64,000 nt of DNA. Origin: Sphaerodactylus townsendi (Eukaryota). How positions within the stretch are numbered: position 1 is the first letter of the stretch; each line of letters begins with the position of its first letter. Of this stretch, positions 1 to 11,681 are shown piece after piece. The notes below the pieces were generated by a model. That model was given only the letters and a program-made list of their open reading frames with translations. It searched no databases and had not been told where the DNA came from. Location of the stretch: positions 35,588,001-35,652,000 of the forward strand of contig NC_059428.1 of assembly GCF_021028975.2 (NCBI RefSeq), in the 5' to 3' direction. The position numbers and the translations under genes are program-made.

Positions 1-723
1 AAAATCCAAGTGGCCATGCATACCATCACAAAATTCTTCAGCACATTAAGAAGAATAAGAACATAAGAAAGAGCCTGCTGGATCAGACCAGAGTCCATCT
101 AGTCCAGAACTCTGCTACTCTCAGTGGCCTACCAGATGCTTTTGGGAGCCCATACAAGGGATGTGAAAGCAATGGCCTTCTGCTGCTGCTGCTCCCCAGC
201 ACCTGGTCTGCTAAGGCATTTGCAATCTCAGATCAAGGAGGATCAAGATTGGTAGCCATAGATTGACTTCTCCTCCATAAATCTGTCCAAGCCTCTTTTA
301 AAGCTATCCAGGTTAGTGGCCATCACCACCTCCTGTGGCAGCATATTCCAAACACCAATCACACGTTGCATGAAGAAATGTTTCCTTTTATTAGTCCTAA
401 TTCTTCACCCCAGCATTTTCAATGTATGCCCCCTGGTTCTAGTATTGTGAGAAAGAGAGAAAAATTTCTCTCTGTTGACATTTTCTACCCCATGCATAAT
501 TTTATAGACTTCAATCATATCCTCCCTCAGATGTCTCCTCTCCAAACTAAAGAGTCCCAAATGCTGCAACCTCTCCTCATAAGGAAGGTGTTCCAGTCCC
601 TCAATCATCCTTGTTGCCCTTCTCTGCACTTTTTCTATCTCTTCGATATCCTTTTTGAGACGGGGCGACCAGAACTGAACACAGTACTCCAAGTGCGATC
701 GCACCACTGTTTTATATAAGGGC

Positions 724-917
724 CAGAGGTGGGATCCAACCAGTTCTCACCACTTCTCTCGAAGTGGTTACTAATTTTTTCTGAGTGCCAAGAAGGGGTT
801 ATTAAAGCAACCTCCCTGTCCAGTGGGGACTGGAGGTGCTTGTGTGCGGTGGCCTGTCACTGTTTAAATCCCACCACCATCGGAACCTGTTATTAAAATT
901 TTTGGATCCAACTACTG
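724..917. mobile_element. hAT non-autonomous MITE nested in CR1
   Basis: TIRs cagaggtgggatcc...ggatccaactactg; perfect 8-bp TSD ATAAGGGC at 716-723 and 918-925. Confidence 0.9.
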
Positions 918-1356
918 ATAAGGGCATGACAATCTTTGCAGTTTTATTATCAATTCCTTTCCTAATTATCCCCAGCATAGAGTTTGCCTTTTTCACAGCT
1001 GCCATGCATTGAGTTGACATTCCCATGGAACTATCAACTAAGATGTCCAAATCCCTTTCCTGGTCTGTGACTGATAGCCCTGACCCCTGTAGCGTGTATG
1101 TGAAGTTTGGATTTTTCACTTTACATTTTGCTACATTGAACTGCATTTGCCATTTCTTAGCCCTAATGTACAGCTAATGTACAAAGGTCCACTTAGAGCT
1201 CTTCGCAATCCTTTGTCATTCTCACCACCTTACATAATTTGGTATATCTTCAAACTTGGCCACCACGCTACCCACCCCTACTACCAGGTCATTTATGAAT
1301 AGGTTAAAGAGCACTGGTCCCAAAACGGTTCCTTGGAGGACACCACTCCCTACATC

Positions 1357-1457
1357 CAGTGGTGGGATTCAGCAGGTTTGCACCACTTCCACAGAACCGG
1401 TTGTTAAAATGGTACTTGTAAACAATCAGTTGTTAAATTATCTGAATCCCACCACTG
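1357..1457. mobile_element. hAT MITE nested in CR1
   Basis: TIRs cagtggtgggattca...tgaatcccaccactg; 8-bp TSD CCTACATC at 1349-1356 and 1458-1465. Confidence 0.92.
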
Positions 1458-3204
1458 CCTACATCTCTCCATTGAGAGAACTTCCCATTTACATCAAACT
1501 GCACATGTTCAAACTGGCATGAACACGGGTAAGTGCAACCATGTTTTATCCTTTCATTGTGCCCGCACTTTAATCTTTTCTAGATAGTTTGTTATGCCTT
1601 TCATAGCTTTCTGATAGGGTAGAATCCAACGGGTGATGCTTTTCCCAGCCTGGAATGAGAAAAGCTTCATGCACCCATGAAATGTCTGCCTTTTCTATTA
1701 TTGTTAAAGGTGAATACTTTAAACTTCTGTTTTATGTATGCTTATTTCTGTGACATGCTGAGGCATTCAGAAGTATGCCCTGTAGGTATAAAATATAAAT
1801 ATACAAAAGTAGGTCTTCCATCACATTAAATTACCAACTGTGAAGTCAAAGTGAACTTTATTGTTTCAGACACAGCTCATGAGGTTGGTGGTGTCAATAA
1901 ATGAAAACAGGCCACGCACAGCGTCAAAAATCACCTCGAGCTTAATGGTCCTTGTTCATTTTGGTTTACAGAATGGGTTATAATAATTTGAGGCTGAGAA
2001 AGAAAGCCTTTTGACATTAGCAGAATCTCAGAACAGTTCCTCGCATTCAAGAGCCATTTTAATCATTTGAACAGTTGAGCTTTTGAGAAGAATCTGCAAC
2101 CAAAATTTTGTCTTCAACTTATCTCTAAACTTACAAACTAAATTATATTGATTTCAGTAGATCTTATACCAAGGATGAACATGGTCTTTGAGGGAACTCT
2201 AGGGAAATCAACCATGACAACTGCAGGTGTTTTGTCCCCCCCCCCCCCCCACCGCCCCTGCTTGTATGCCTCACTGGTGCCCCCAGCACCCTATCCCTGC
2301 CCTGAAGCCTGATAAGGTCCATCATGTCACCTCTTCACTGCCCTGCTCTCTTTAAAATTTTAAAGGAAAACTGCTTGTGCCCTTTAAGGCTCTGGAATTC
2401 TAATAAATTTATGTTTTTCTTGTGAGAGTTCAGGTTATATATGTGGAAGTTACATATGTTGATTGCTGTGTGTGTGTACACACACAGAGAGAGGATTGAG
2501 GAGGTCCCAAATATGATCATCCCTGGCTTTTGGGTGTGTGGGGGATGGTAGTTGAAGGGGGGGCAGCTGGATGGCTGGTGAGGTTGCTAACTCCAGAATT
2601 CGTGAGCAGTAACTGCTAAGTTTTTGTTTATTTTAGGTATTTAGACCTCACTTTTCTTCTCAACAAAGACCTGAAGTGGCTTACAACATTGTTCTCCCCT
2701 ACTCCATTTTACCTTTATAGTAACAACCCTGTGAAGTATGCTGAAAGAATGTTACTGGCTTAACATCATCCAGCAAGTTCTCTTGGCTAAGTGGGTATTT
2801 CAGCCTGGATCTGTCAGATCCTCTAACGGCTGCACCGCACCGAGTTTGTGTAGTATCTTGTTGATGTTGGATATCAAAGGTGAAAAAGGATCACTTCACA
2901 TAGTATGTTTCAATGGTTTATGTGTATGCATGATACACATGAACTATGTGGTACAGGTAACATGTCTAGGATCATGTCTCATTGCAACCAAGTTAGTAGA
3001 AGCTAATCTGTTCCATGAGATTTAAGCATGACAAAACTTTTCATTTCTTCATTGATGACTGTGAATTGAGGTGGTTGATAGTGATGATAGAAATAAATAA
3101 TCTCCAAACTGATATATTTTATTTACTTACTTTATTTATAACTTGCCTTTCTTGTTGAGACTCTAGATGGATTACAAAGTATAAAAACAGTGCCCTGAAA
3201 CTAA

Positions 3205-3455
3205 GGTCGAATCCCCACTACTGTCTTAGCCAGGTTTCAGAACACAAACTAACCAGGTTTGAGGGACGGCCGCCCCGGTAGAATCCCCACTACCGTCTTA
3301 GCCAGGTTTCAGAACACAAACGACCTCAAACCTGGTTAGTTTGTGTTCTGAAACCTGGATAAGACGGTAGTGGGGATTTGACCGGGGAGGTCGTCCCTCA
3401 AATCTGGTTAGTTTGTGTTCTGAAACCTGGCTAAGACAGTAGTGGGGATTCGACC
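3205..3455. mobile_element. PIF/Harbinger-type foldback MITE
   Basis: Long TIR ggtcgaatccccactactgtcttagccaggtttcagaacacaaactaacc and its exact reverse complement; TAA TSD at 3202-3204 and 3456-3458. Confidence 0.88.
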
Positions 3456-3983
3456 TAAGATTACAAAAAGCAAACAAAAACAGTAAGAGCCATGACATGC
3501 ATTAAACAATGCAGAGAACGAATTACAAAAGTAGAAACCAATGTATTAAGAGCAAGATAATACATCTGATAAACTGTACAGTAGACTACAATCCTATGCC
3601 TTTTACAAAATTGCCCTCCTGACCTATTCCATTACAAATACAACACTTGATGTAAATAGAATGCAATGTAAACCTTAGCTTCTCTGCTATCTAATTATGC
3701 TGGGCCACTTTCAAAGGCTACATTCTTCTTCCAATTCATTGTGATAAGCAAGATAAGGGGTTCCAAGAGATCAACTGCACGTAAATTAGCACTGGAATTT
3801 GCAGACCACAGTGAGGACTTTGATAACTGAAAATATTTAGCTCAGCAGTGCCAGCAAGGATGTAGATAAGAATCTCTTGCTTTACATGATTTGAAAGTCA
3901 CTGTGAGATTGGAACCTCGGCTTCCTTCTCTGTTGCTTTGTCTGGCTGCCACATCTATGTCATATGCTTCATCTTATGAAATA

Positions 3984-4073
3984 GAAGAAGAAGAAGAAGA
4001 AGAAGAAGAAGAAGAAGAAGAAGAAGAAGAAGAAGAAGAAGAAGAAGAAGAAGAAGAAGAAGAAGAAGAAGAA
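3984..4073. repeat. (GAA)30 microsatellite, tail of a minus-strand SINE
   Basis: 30 uninterrupted GAA units directly abutting the SINE body. Confidence 0.97.
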
Positions 4074-4298
4074 TTGGTTTTTGTATTCCACTTTTTTCAA
4101 CCTTTAAAGAGTCTCAAAGTTCCTTACAATTGCCTTCCCCACCCTACAACATGTGAGGTAGGTGGGGCTGAACAAGTTCTGAGAGAACTGTGAGTAGTGC
4201 AGGGTCACCCAACAGTCTTCATGCGGAGGAGTAGGGAAACAAACCCAGTTCACCAGATTAGAGTCTGCTGTTCTTAGCCACTACACCATGCTGGCTCC
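3984..4298 (-). mobile_element. tRNA-derived squamate SINE (Squam3-like) with (CTT)n tail
   Basis: Head on minus strand gggagccagcatggtgtagtggctaaga (A-box-like); body shared with copies at 11129, 28453, 35922, 48306. Confidence 0.8.
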
Positions 4299-5323
4299 CA
4301 TTTGTTTAGGGCATTGTATTCACATGTGTGAAATTGCTGTAATGGCAACATAGAGTGGGTTATCCACAGAGTTATCTCTCTGCCTTCGATGCAGGTCATG
4401 TTCCATCACACCCAGACAGTGGTTTGTTGTGTCCCCCAGCCCTGCATTTTGACTCCTTCCTACTTCAGGCCTAAGCCCTTGCACTTTCGGGTACAATAAG
4501 AAAAGGGGGATTGCTCATTTGCCAACGAAGCCCCACCTGCTGGCCCTGAAATGATTGAATCCTGCCATGAACAACATATTTCCAGCATTATCGCCATTAT
4601 TACTAGCGGTATGAAAGAATGAAAACATAAATCCACTGTTTTATGTTCTAGCTTTTGTTTTTGGACAGTTTTAAGTGTTTGGGAAGGGGTCAGGGTGGGA
4701 TCAGTATACCCTAGTTAGCAATGCTGTCTGGAAAAGTAGCTTACTGTAGACAATATAATATCGTCAATGTCTTTGAAGGTACCCAGTGGAAGGGTACATC
4801 CTTCGCTTTCTTTGCTATAACCTGACATTCTCATTCAGATGTACGAGAATCTGTTCTAGTAATGAGAAAAAAACCTATCTCAGCCTTCCACAGAAAAAAA
4901 GAAAGTGCAAAAATTGTTTCCATTTATTGAATGCTACAGCTTTTTCTTTGAAAAGATTGCTGTTTCTGGTTTCAGTGAACCTCACTTTATTTATGAGTTA
5001 ATTCAGACTTTGAGAAAAATACAGATCTTAGTATTCAGAATTGTGAAAACACCACTGGATTTTGTACCGCCCCTGGTGGTGATGATGATGAAGCCACTGG
5101 CCCTAATTGGCTGAATGGCTGTTAGGTCATAGAGGGAAAAGAAGACCCTGGGGTGTCATTGGCTGAACTGCTCAGATCCTGTTGAAGGGCCAGGCAGCTA
5201 GGAAGCTGTATGAAAAAGGCAGAGGATCTGTGCTATAGGAAATAAGATGAGCCCCTGAGATGGTAGTAGAGTAAGGAAAGCAGGGATACCAAATGGTGAA
5301 TTGGAAGAGGTCTTGTGACCCTA

Positions 5324-5527
5324 TGGGGTTGCCAGTCTCCATGTGGGGCCTGGAAATATCCCCAAATTACAACTGATCTCCAGACAACAGATGCCAGTTC
5401 CTGGGGAGAACATGACTGCTTTGGAGGGTGGACTCTGTGACATCACATCCCTGCTGAGGACACTCCCCAAACTTGACCCTCCAGTCACAAAATCTCCAGG
5501 AATTTCCCGATGGGGAATTGGCAACCA
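5324..5527. mobile_element. hAT-Tip100-like MITE (GGGTTGCCA termini), one of about ten copies in the window
   Basis: ggggttgcca...tggcaacc termini; conserved core ctgatctccagac...ggagaaaatggctgctttggagggtggactc recurs near 8.8, 11.7, 12.9, 35.7, 38.2-38.7, 39.8, 47.2, 52.6 and 56.2 kb. Confidence 0.75.
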
Positions 5528-5559
5528 CATGATAGATTGGAGTGGATGCAGAGGAGAGT

Positions 5560-6130
5560 GATGAGTATGATTGGGTGCTTGGAGACCATGCGCCCAATGA
5601 GGAAAGGCTGAAGGACTTGGGAATGTTTAGTCTGGAGAAGAGGAGATTGATGGGGGTCACAATTGCTCTCTTGAAGTATTTGAAGGGTTGTCACTTAGAA
5701 GAGGGCAGGCAGCCATTCTTGTTGGCAGCAGAGGATATGACTCGCACTAATGGGTTTTAATAATGGCAGAAAGGTTCTGACTGGATATTAGGAAACTAAA
5801 ATAAGAGTTGTGCAACAGTGGAAACAGCTACCTAGGGAGGTGATGAGCTCCCCCTTGCTGGCAGTCTTTAAGCAGTGGCAGGACAGCGTCTGAGATGCTC
5901 TGGGCTGATGCTGCATTGAGCAGGGGGGTTAGATTCGATCTGCAGGGAGGACTCTTGATATCTCCAGATGTTATGGGATTGACATTCTTATCAGTTTCTC
6001 TGCCAGCATGGCCAACCTGGCCATGCTGGTAGGGGCTGATGGGAATTGTAGTCCATAACATCTGGAGTGCCAAAGGTTCGCCACCACTGGACTAGATGGC
6101 CTGTGAAGCCCCTTCCAATGCTATGATTGT
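5560..6130 (+). mobile_element. CR1 LINE 3' fragment
   Basis: ORF 5542-5760 EERLKDLGMFSLEKRRLMG...KYLKGCHLEEG; interrupted by a partial hAT MITE at ~5990-6090. Confidence 0.88.
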
Positions 6131-7329
6131 ATGACTCTGAGCAATGCAGAAAATGGAGGAGTGCTGTGCTACAGGGAGAAGTCTGCAGAGAGTAAAACTG
6201 GAAGAGAGAATAAGCAGAGTGGGGAGATGAACATGGCCAAGATCTGCAGAGCACTGAGTGGCTGAAGGTCATGTATTGATTTCAGCTAGCTAGCCTGATC
6301 TTTAGCTGTGGAATTCTTATTTCAGCAAAGATAAAAATAACGTTAAGATAGCTTGGATGATTATTAATGGCGCTTCCACAGTTCATTATGCAAAACTGAG
6401 TCCATGACGTGAAGAGTCTTGACTCTTTGTTGTCTGGTAAATGTTTAAAAAATATTTTATACTGGGGAGGGCGGGGGGTGGCAGAATGTAGAGCTAATTA
6501 AACAGATTTTCAGCCATAATGTTCCCTAAATAGATTTGAAGCAGAACAGGCTGCCAACTTCATTTCTTCAGTAGCTCTATGAGATAAGTTGGTTTCAGCA
6601 GACTGAGGTTATTCACGATCAGTTCAGTCAATTGTATCAGTTACTTTAACCCTCCGGAGGACAGTCAGATGAAACTGATTTTGATCAAGCCATGAATACT
6701 GTCACCTTTAATACATCGCAACCTGACAATGAGTAACCCAATATTGGTGTAGGACAGAGCTGGGAAAAGGAAACTCTAGCTTTGGCACCTGATAGCATTC
6801 CTGGAACCCATGGAACTGTAGCTTGTTCTTGTACAACATTTTGGAAATGAGTGGCACTGATCCTGGAAAGGGTCTTCCCTCTACTGTTCTAGGAAAAAAA
6901 TGATACATTTCCTGGGGGCATTGAAACACTCTTGCTTACCAGGATATTTTTAAAAAGATAAAGCGAGTGATAGTTATGGAATCTTTCACCTCACGTGTTT
7001 GCTAAATATAGAATGAATGCACAGTCTCACCGACGCTATTAGTCACTTAGCTTCATTATCTCACACCATTTCTCATTAAAAACATGAAAGAGATGTACAG
7101 CTGCTAAATCTCTGCTCTGGTTTTTATCACCTATCTCCTTTTCTTTATAGACAGGAATTCACTATCATCTCTTGTTTTCCTTAATGAAAGCCATCCCTCA
7201 TAAGATGTTATGAGGAAGCTGAGCATGCAGGCTGAAGAAAATGCGCTAGTTACTAGTTTTAGTGGTTTATTGAACTTATTTCTACCGCCATGCTTCCAAC
7301 AGTCTCAAGATACTGTTGAAGTTAGTTTT

Positions 7330-8615
7330 CAAGTGGTCGGAATCACTCAGGAAGGCTGTGGGTATTCCCGGCTCTAGATGCGGCATGTTCTAGTAGCATT
7401 TTCTCCTGACGTTTGACCTGCATCTGTGGCTGGCATTTTCAGAGGATCTGATTGTAGTAAAGCAAGTGGAATATATGGCACCGTGGAATGCCCAGAGGAG
7501 AGAAAGAACCATTTGCATTGGTTAAAAAGTGTATGGCAGCAATTCTGCAAGCGTACTTTTGCATGTGGGTGCTATGGAACTTACCTATTTTAGTACATAT
7601 GTATGTAACACTGAAGTTGCATAATCAGTTAGTGAGGGCATTGTTGCCTAAGTTGGCTGGCATTGTAATCCATTTAATTGTTTCCTGCAGGGAGACACCC
7701 ATTGTCTGGGTGGTGTTCACTAACCATTGTCTTGATTCTAGTGTTTTGGGCAACTGGTAGCCAAATTTTGTCTATTCTTCATAGTTTCTTGCTTTCTGCC
7801 TGAAATTTGTTCCTATGTTCTTGTGGATTTCAATGGCTTCTCTGTGTAGTCTGACGTAGTAGCTGTCAGAGTGGTCCAGAATTTCTATGTTTTCAAATCA
7901 CATTCTGTTTCCAGCTTGGTTTATCACGTGTTCTGCTATTGCTGATTTTTCTGGCTGAATTAGTCTGTGTAAATTGCCTTTCTATGTTCTTTTTGATTCG
8001 GTTGTCTGGATGCTGCATTTCGTGGTCCCTATGTTGACTTGTCCACAGCTACATGGTATGTGGTAGACTCCTGGAGAAGTTAGAAGATCCCTCTTATCCT
8101 TTGCTGAATGTAGCATCTGTTGGATTCTCTTGATGTGTCTGAAGATTGTTTTGAGGTTATGTTTCTTCAGCAGTTTCTCTATTCAATCAGTGATTCCCTT
8201 AATATATGGTAAGAATGCCTTCCCTCTGGGTGGCTGTTTAGCTTCATTCCTGTGGTTTGTTCTTGGTCTTGCAGCTTTTCTGATGTCTGTAGTAGAGTAA
8301 CCATTAACCTGTAGAGCCCAGTTTAGGTGATTCAGTTTGTCTTGAAGTTGGTGGGGTTCACAGATTCTTTTTGCCTGATCTACAAGAGTTTTTATTGTGC
8401 TCCATTTTTGTCCTGGGTGATGATTGGAGCTTTTAATGCAGATATCTATCAGTGTGTGTAGGTTTTCTGTAGACTGTGAGGCCCAATTGTTGGTTTGGTT
8501 TGCAGATGACTAAGACATCCAGAAATGGTAGCTGTCCCTCATTTTCTCTTTCCATAGTAAACTGGATGTTTGGGTGGATATTGTTAATATGGTCCAGAAA
8601 CTTGTTTGGAGCCAC
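7330..8615 (-). mobile_element. Penelope-like element (RT C-terminus, decayed GIY-YIG endonuclease, pseudo-LTR)
   Basis: ORF 8433-8615 [31 protein letters not shown]...[14 protein letters not shown] is a Penelope RT signature; a GVYHIPCSCGQV-like GIY-YIG segment is readable at ~8040-8075; pLTR at ~7330-7450. Confidence 0.92.
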
Positions 8616-9769
8616 GGAGAAGAAGAACTAAACAAGTTAGGCTGAGAATTTGTGACTGGTCTAAGATCACTCAGTGAGTTGACATGGAAAGCAGGGGTTC
8701 AAACTTTGGTGTCCCAGATCCTAGCTCAGTGCTGTAACCACTCAACCACATTGGCTATTCTAGTAATGTTGTTCTCCAGGGAGCTTCATGGCTAGATTGC
8801 TAACTCAGTGTTGGGAAATTCCTGAAAATTTTGGGGTTAGAGGCTGAGGAAGGTGGGGGCTGGGGAGGAAAGGGATCTTGAAGGGATTTAATGTCAGGGA
8901 GCCCACCCTCAAAGCAGCCATTTTCTTAAGTGGAACTGACCTCCATAGCCTTAGGATCAGTTGTAATTTCAGGAGATCTCCAAGTCCCACCATGGCATGA
9001 TCATGGCAGAGTGGAGATTTGAACTGGGAGATGCCGTGGCTTGATGGTAGAGCATCTGCTTTGCATGCTTGTCCTAGGTTACATCCCTGACATCTCCAGT
9101 GAAAAGGGGAAAAAAGGTCAGGACAGGAAGTAGAAGAAGAAGAGTTGGATTTGTATCCCACCTTTCTCTCTGCAAGGGAGTGGTCTGTTGGGCTTACAAA
9201 CTCCTTTCCCTGAAAGGGACAGCCTTTGCAAAGTGGTGGTCTGGGAAGAAAACATTTTGCCATCCTTTTCAGTCTTTGGCTTAAGTAGTTGATATGAAAG
9301 ACTTCCACTTAAGTTCTTGGAGAGGAGTTACATTCATAGACCAATAGTCTGATACAGTATAAGACAGCTACACATGCTCATGTGAACCTGAATCTTCCAG
9401 GTCCTACTCAAGCATTCAGGGATGCTGAGGAAAATGGACTTGGGGAAAACATTCTTGGACCCTGGTTAGACTGTGGGTCAGTAGAACCAGGTAACTTGTA
9501 ACCTCATCTTTATATATGGTCGTGGCTGGTGCAAAATTGGGGCTCAGAAAGAATCTGTGAGCCCATGGTGGTATTTGGAAGCTCTGCTGATAGTCTAATC
9601 ACTACCCTGGACTACATCCTAATAAAATACATCCTTCAGGTGCTACTCAATAACTAACATTAAAAAGAACCAACAATATCCTCTGAGAGCGTGACATTTT
9701 TCAGGCTTTCTAGAAATCCAAAAGCGTGCTAATCTGGAAAACAGCCTTCGCAGCCTGCTAAGGGGATGA

Positions 9770-10205
9770 TGACAAGAAAAGGCCCAGTTTTTTTCATCCA
9801 AATTGGATGGACTGCCTGATACCAGGATAGTCAGCTGAGCTGACCTTAGTCATGCCATGAGTGTATGCCAGGAGGAATGGTCTCTCAAGGGCTTAAAACT
9901 TGAGTTGAACCTGGACCTGAATTGGAAATGTATAGCTGCTTCAAAATTGCCATTATGGGCTAAATCAGCCAACCCCATCAACAAATGGACATCCACATTG
10001 TATTCCAGTTGAAGCTCCTGTTTTGTCTTCAAGGGCAGCTCCCTATACATAGCATTGCAGCAGTCAAGGCTTTGCGCTAAAATAGCAAAGATCAGCATGG
10101 CCACATTGTCTGCACTTTGATGAAAGGACAGCTTCTTGGCAAAGTATATCTGGCAAAAACACTTTGCCATCCTTTTCTGTCTTTGGCTTAAGTTGCAGAT
10201 ATTTG
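9770..10205 (-). mobile_element. Old L2 LINE fragment
   Basis: ORF 9850-10170 SLDCCNAMYRELPLKTKQELQL resembles the L2 ORF2 motif RLDYCNALYxGLPLK..QKLQL. Confidence 0.8.
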
Positions 10206-10577
10206 TGTAAAGTAAATGAGAATTATCAGCATCAATGGAACATTTGATTTTGTATGAACTCTGTGGGTAGAATCTTCACTAATGCTTTGAAAAGCTCATG
10301 ATGAATTCTACTGCTAAAGTGTCCACTATTGTTCTTAAGAGTTCTATGGGCAGTTATTGAATTAGCACCCCTCATAATCTACAATAAATAGGAATGCAGT
10401 GTGTGGGGGAGTGATTGAATGCTGAAACTAGTAGGTACCTATTCTTTCACTTCCAGTTTTGTGCTGCCAGCTCTTGTTAAGGTGGAGAAGAGGAGAGTGG
10501 CACTGAGAAGCACAGTAGATACAATTAACAATTAATTATCTTATATCCAGGGTTAGTCTGGATTGAATATGAAAATA

Positions 10578-10685
10578 CAGGCGAAACGTCAGGAGAAAAT
10601 GCTATTGAACATTTAATTCACACAACCCAGAAAACCCACGACACCCTAGTGATTCCGGCTGTGAAAGCCTTCGACGATACATTGA
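10578..10685 (+). mobile_element. Penelope pseudo-LTR fragment
   Basis: caggcgaaacgtcaggagaaaatgcta...gattccggctgtgaaagccttcgac matches the pLTR at 7330-7450 in opposite orientation. Confidence 0.75.
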
Positions 10686-11128
10686 AGTGAAAATGTTGTC
10701 CTGGATTTCAGCCAACCTTTATTTTGAAAATGTACCACAAGCTGTATATTAAAACAGGCCACTGGTTCATCTAGCTAGGTGTTTTGTCTACTCTGACTGG
10801 CACCGATTCTGGGCTCTCTGAGGTATCAGGTAAACCTTCAACTTCAGCTGACAGGGATTGAACCCAGCACCTTTGACACTGAAAATATGTGTGCAATCAT
10901 CCAACTACAACTCCTCCACTGAGCTATAAAATGGGGAGGTTCTTCATTTCAGGTACTCATTTTTCTCAGTCTGACGCTTTAACAGTGAATAGGAAATGCA
11001 GGCAGTTCCAGTTCATGGCCCAGGGTATTTTTTTTCCTTGTGGGATTCCCAGTTCAACTATGAAGATAATGCAACTGGGTCCTGCAACCAATAGCGTTAT
11101 TAGGAAAAAATCTTATAATTCCTCTTTA

Positions 11129-11438
11129 GGAGCAGCAGTGGCATAGTGGTTAAGAGCAGGTGCACTCTAATCTGGAGGAACCGGGTTTGATTCCCAAGGT
11201 TTCCTGTCACTTGAGCTGTGGAGGCTTATCTGGGGAATTCAGATTAGCCTGTGCACTCCCACACACGCCAGCTGGGTGTCCTTGGGCTAGTCACAGCTTC
11301 TCAGAGCTCTCTCAGCCCGACCTCACAGGGTGTTTGTTGTGAGGGGGGGAAGGGCAAGGAGATTGTCAGCCCCTTTGAGTCTCCTACAGGAGAGAAAGGG
11401 GGGATATAAATCCAAACTCCTCCTCCTCTTCTTCTTCT
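11129..11438 (+). mobile_element. tRNA-derived SINE (Squam3-like)
   Basis: ggagcagcagtggcatagtggttaagagc (A box) ... gggtttgattccc (B box); (CTC/CTT)n tail; near-identical to copies at 28453 and 35922. Confidence 0.85.
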
Positions 11439-11480
11439 GTACCCCGTTTTCCCCTGAAATCCAATAATCTGTTTCTTTGA

Positions 11481-11681
11481 CTGTTGTGGTTTTTCCAGGC
11501 TGTGGTAGGTTTTGCTCCCAACATTTCACCTGCATCTGTGGCTGGCATCTTCAGAGGCATGTCTCAGTAAAATGAGGGGTTTTTTTCCTGTGGTACATCT
11601 TACTGTGACAGACCATGGCCACATAGTCTGGAAATCTCACAACAGCCTGTTGCTTCTGGCTGTGAAAGTCTTCAACAATAC
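11481..11681. mobile_element. Penelope pLTR-derived short foldback element containing a hammerhead-like motif
   Basis: Inverted arms ctgttgtggtttttccaggctgtg / cacatagtctggaaatctcacaacag; inner IR tgtctcagtaaaatg / catcttactgtgaca; pLTR homology to 7400-7446. Confidence 0.75.

Larger units (their letters stand above)
53..1500 (-). mobile_element. CR1 LINE 3' part (RT C-terminus and 3'UTR), interrupted by two hAT MITEs
   Basis: Minus-strand ORFs 405-707 (VRSHLEYCVQFWSPRLKKDIEEIEKVQRRATRMI) and 802-1146 (MQFNVAKCKV...ERDLDILVD...KKANSMLGII) are typical CR1 ORF2 C-terminus; (TTCTTATG)-type tail reads as aagaataagaacataagaa near 50-70. Confidence 0.95.

Noticed and set aside
3891-4193. Poly-glutamate ORF
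   Set aside because: Translation of the (GAA)30 SINE tail
6708-6929. Possible minus-strand exon after a ttttttcctag acceptor
   Set aside because: No recognisable protein in the frames read and no convincing partner exons
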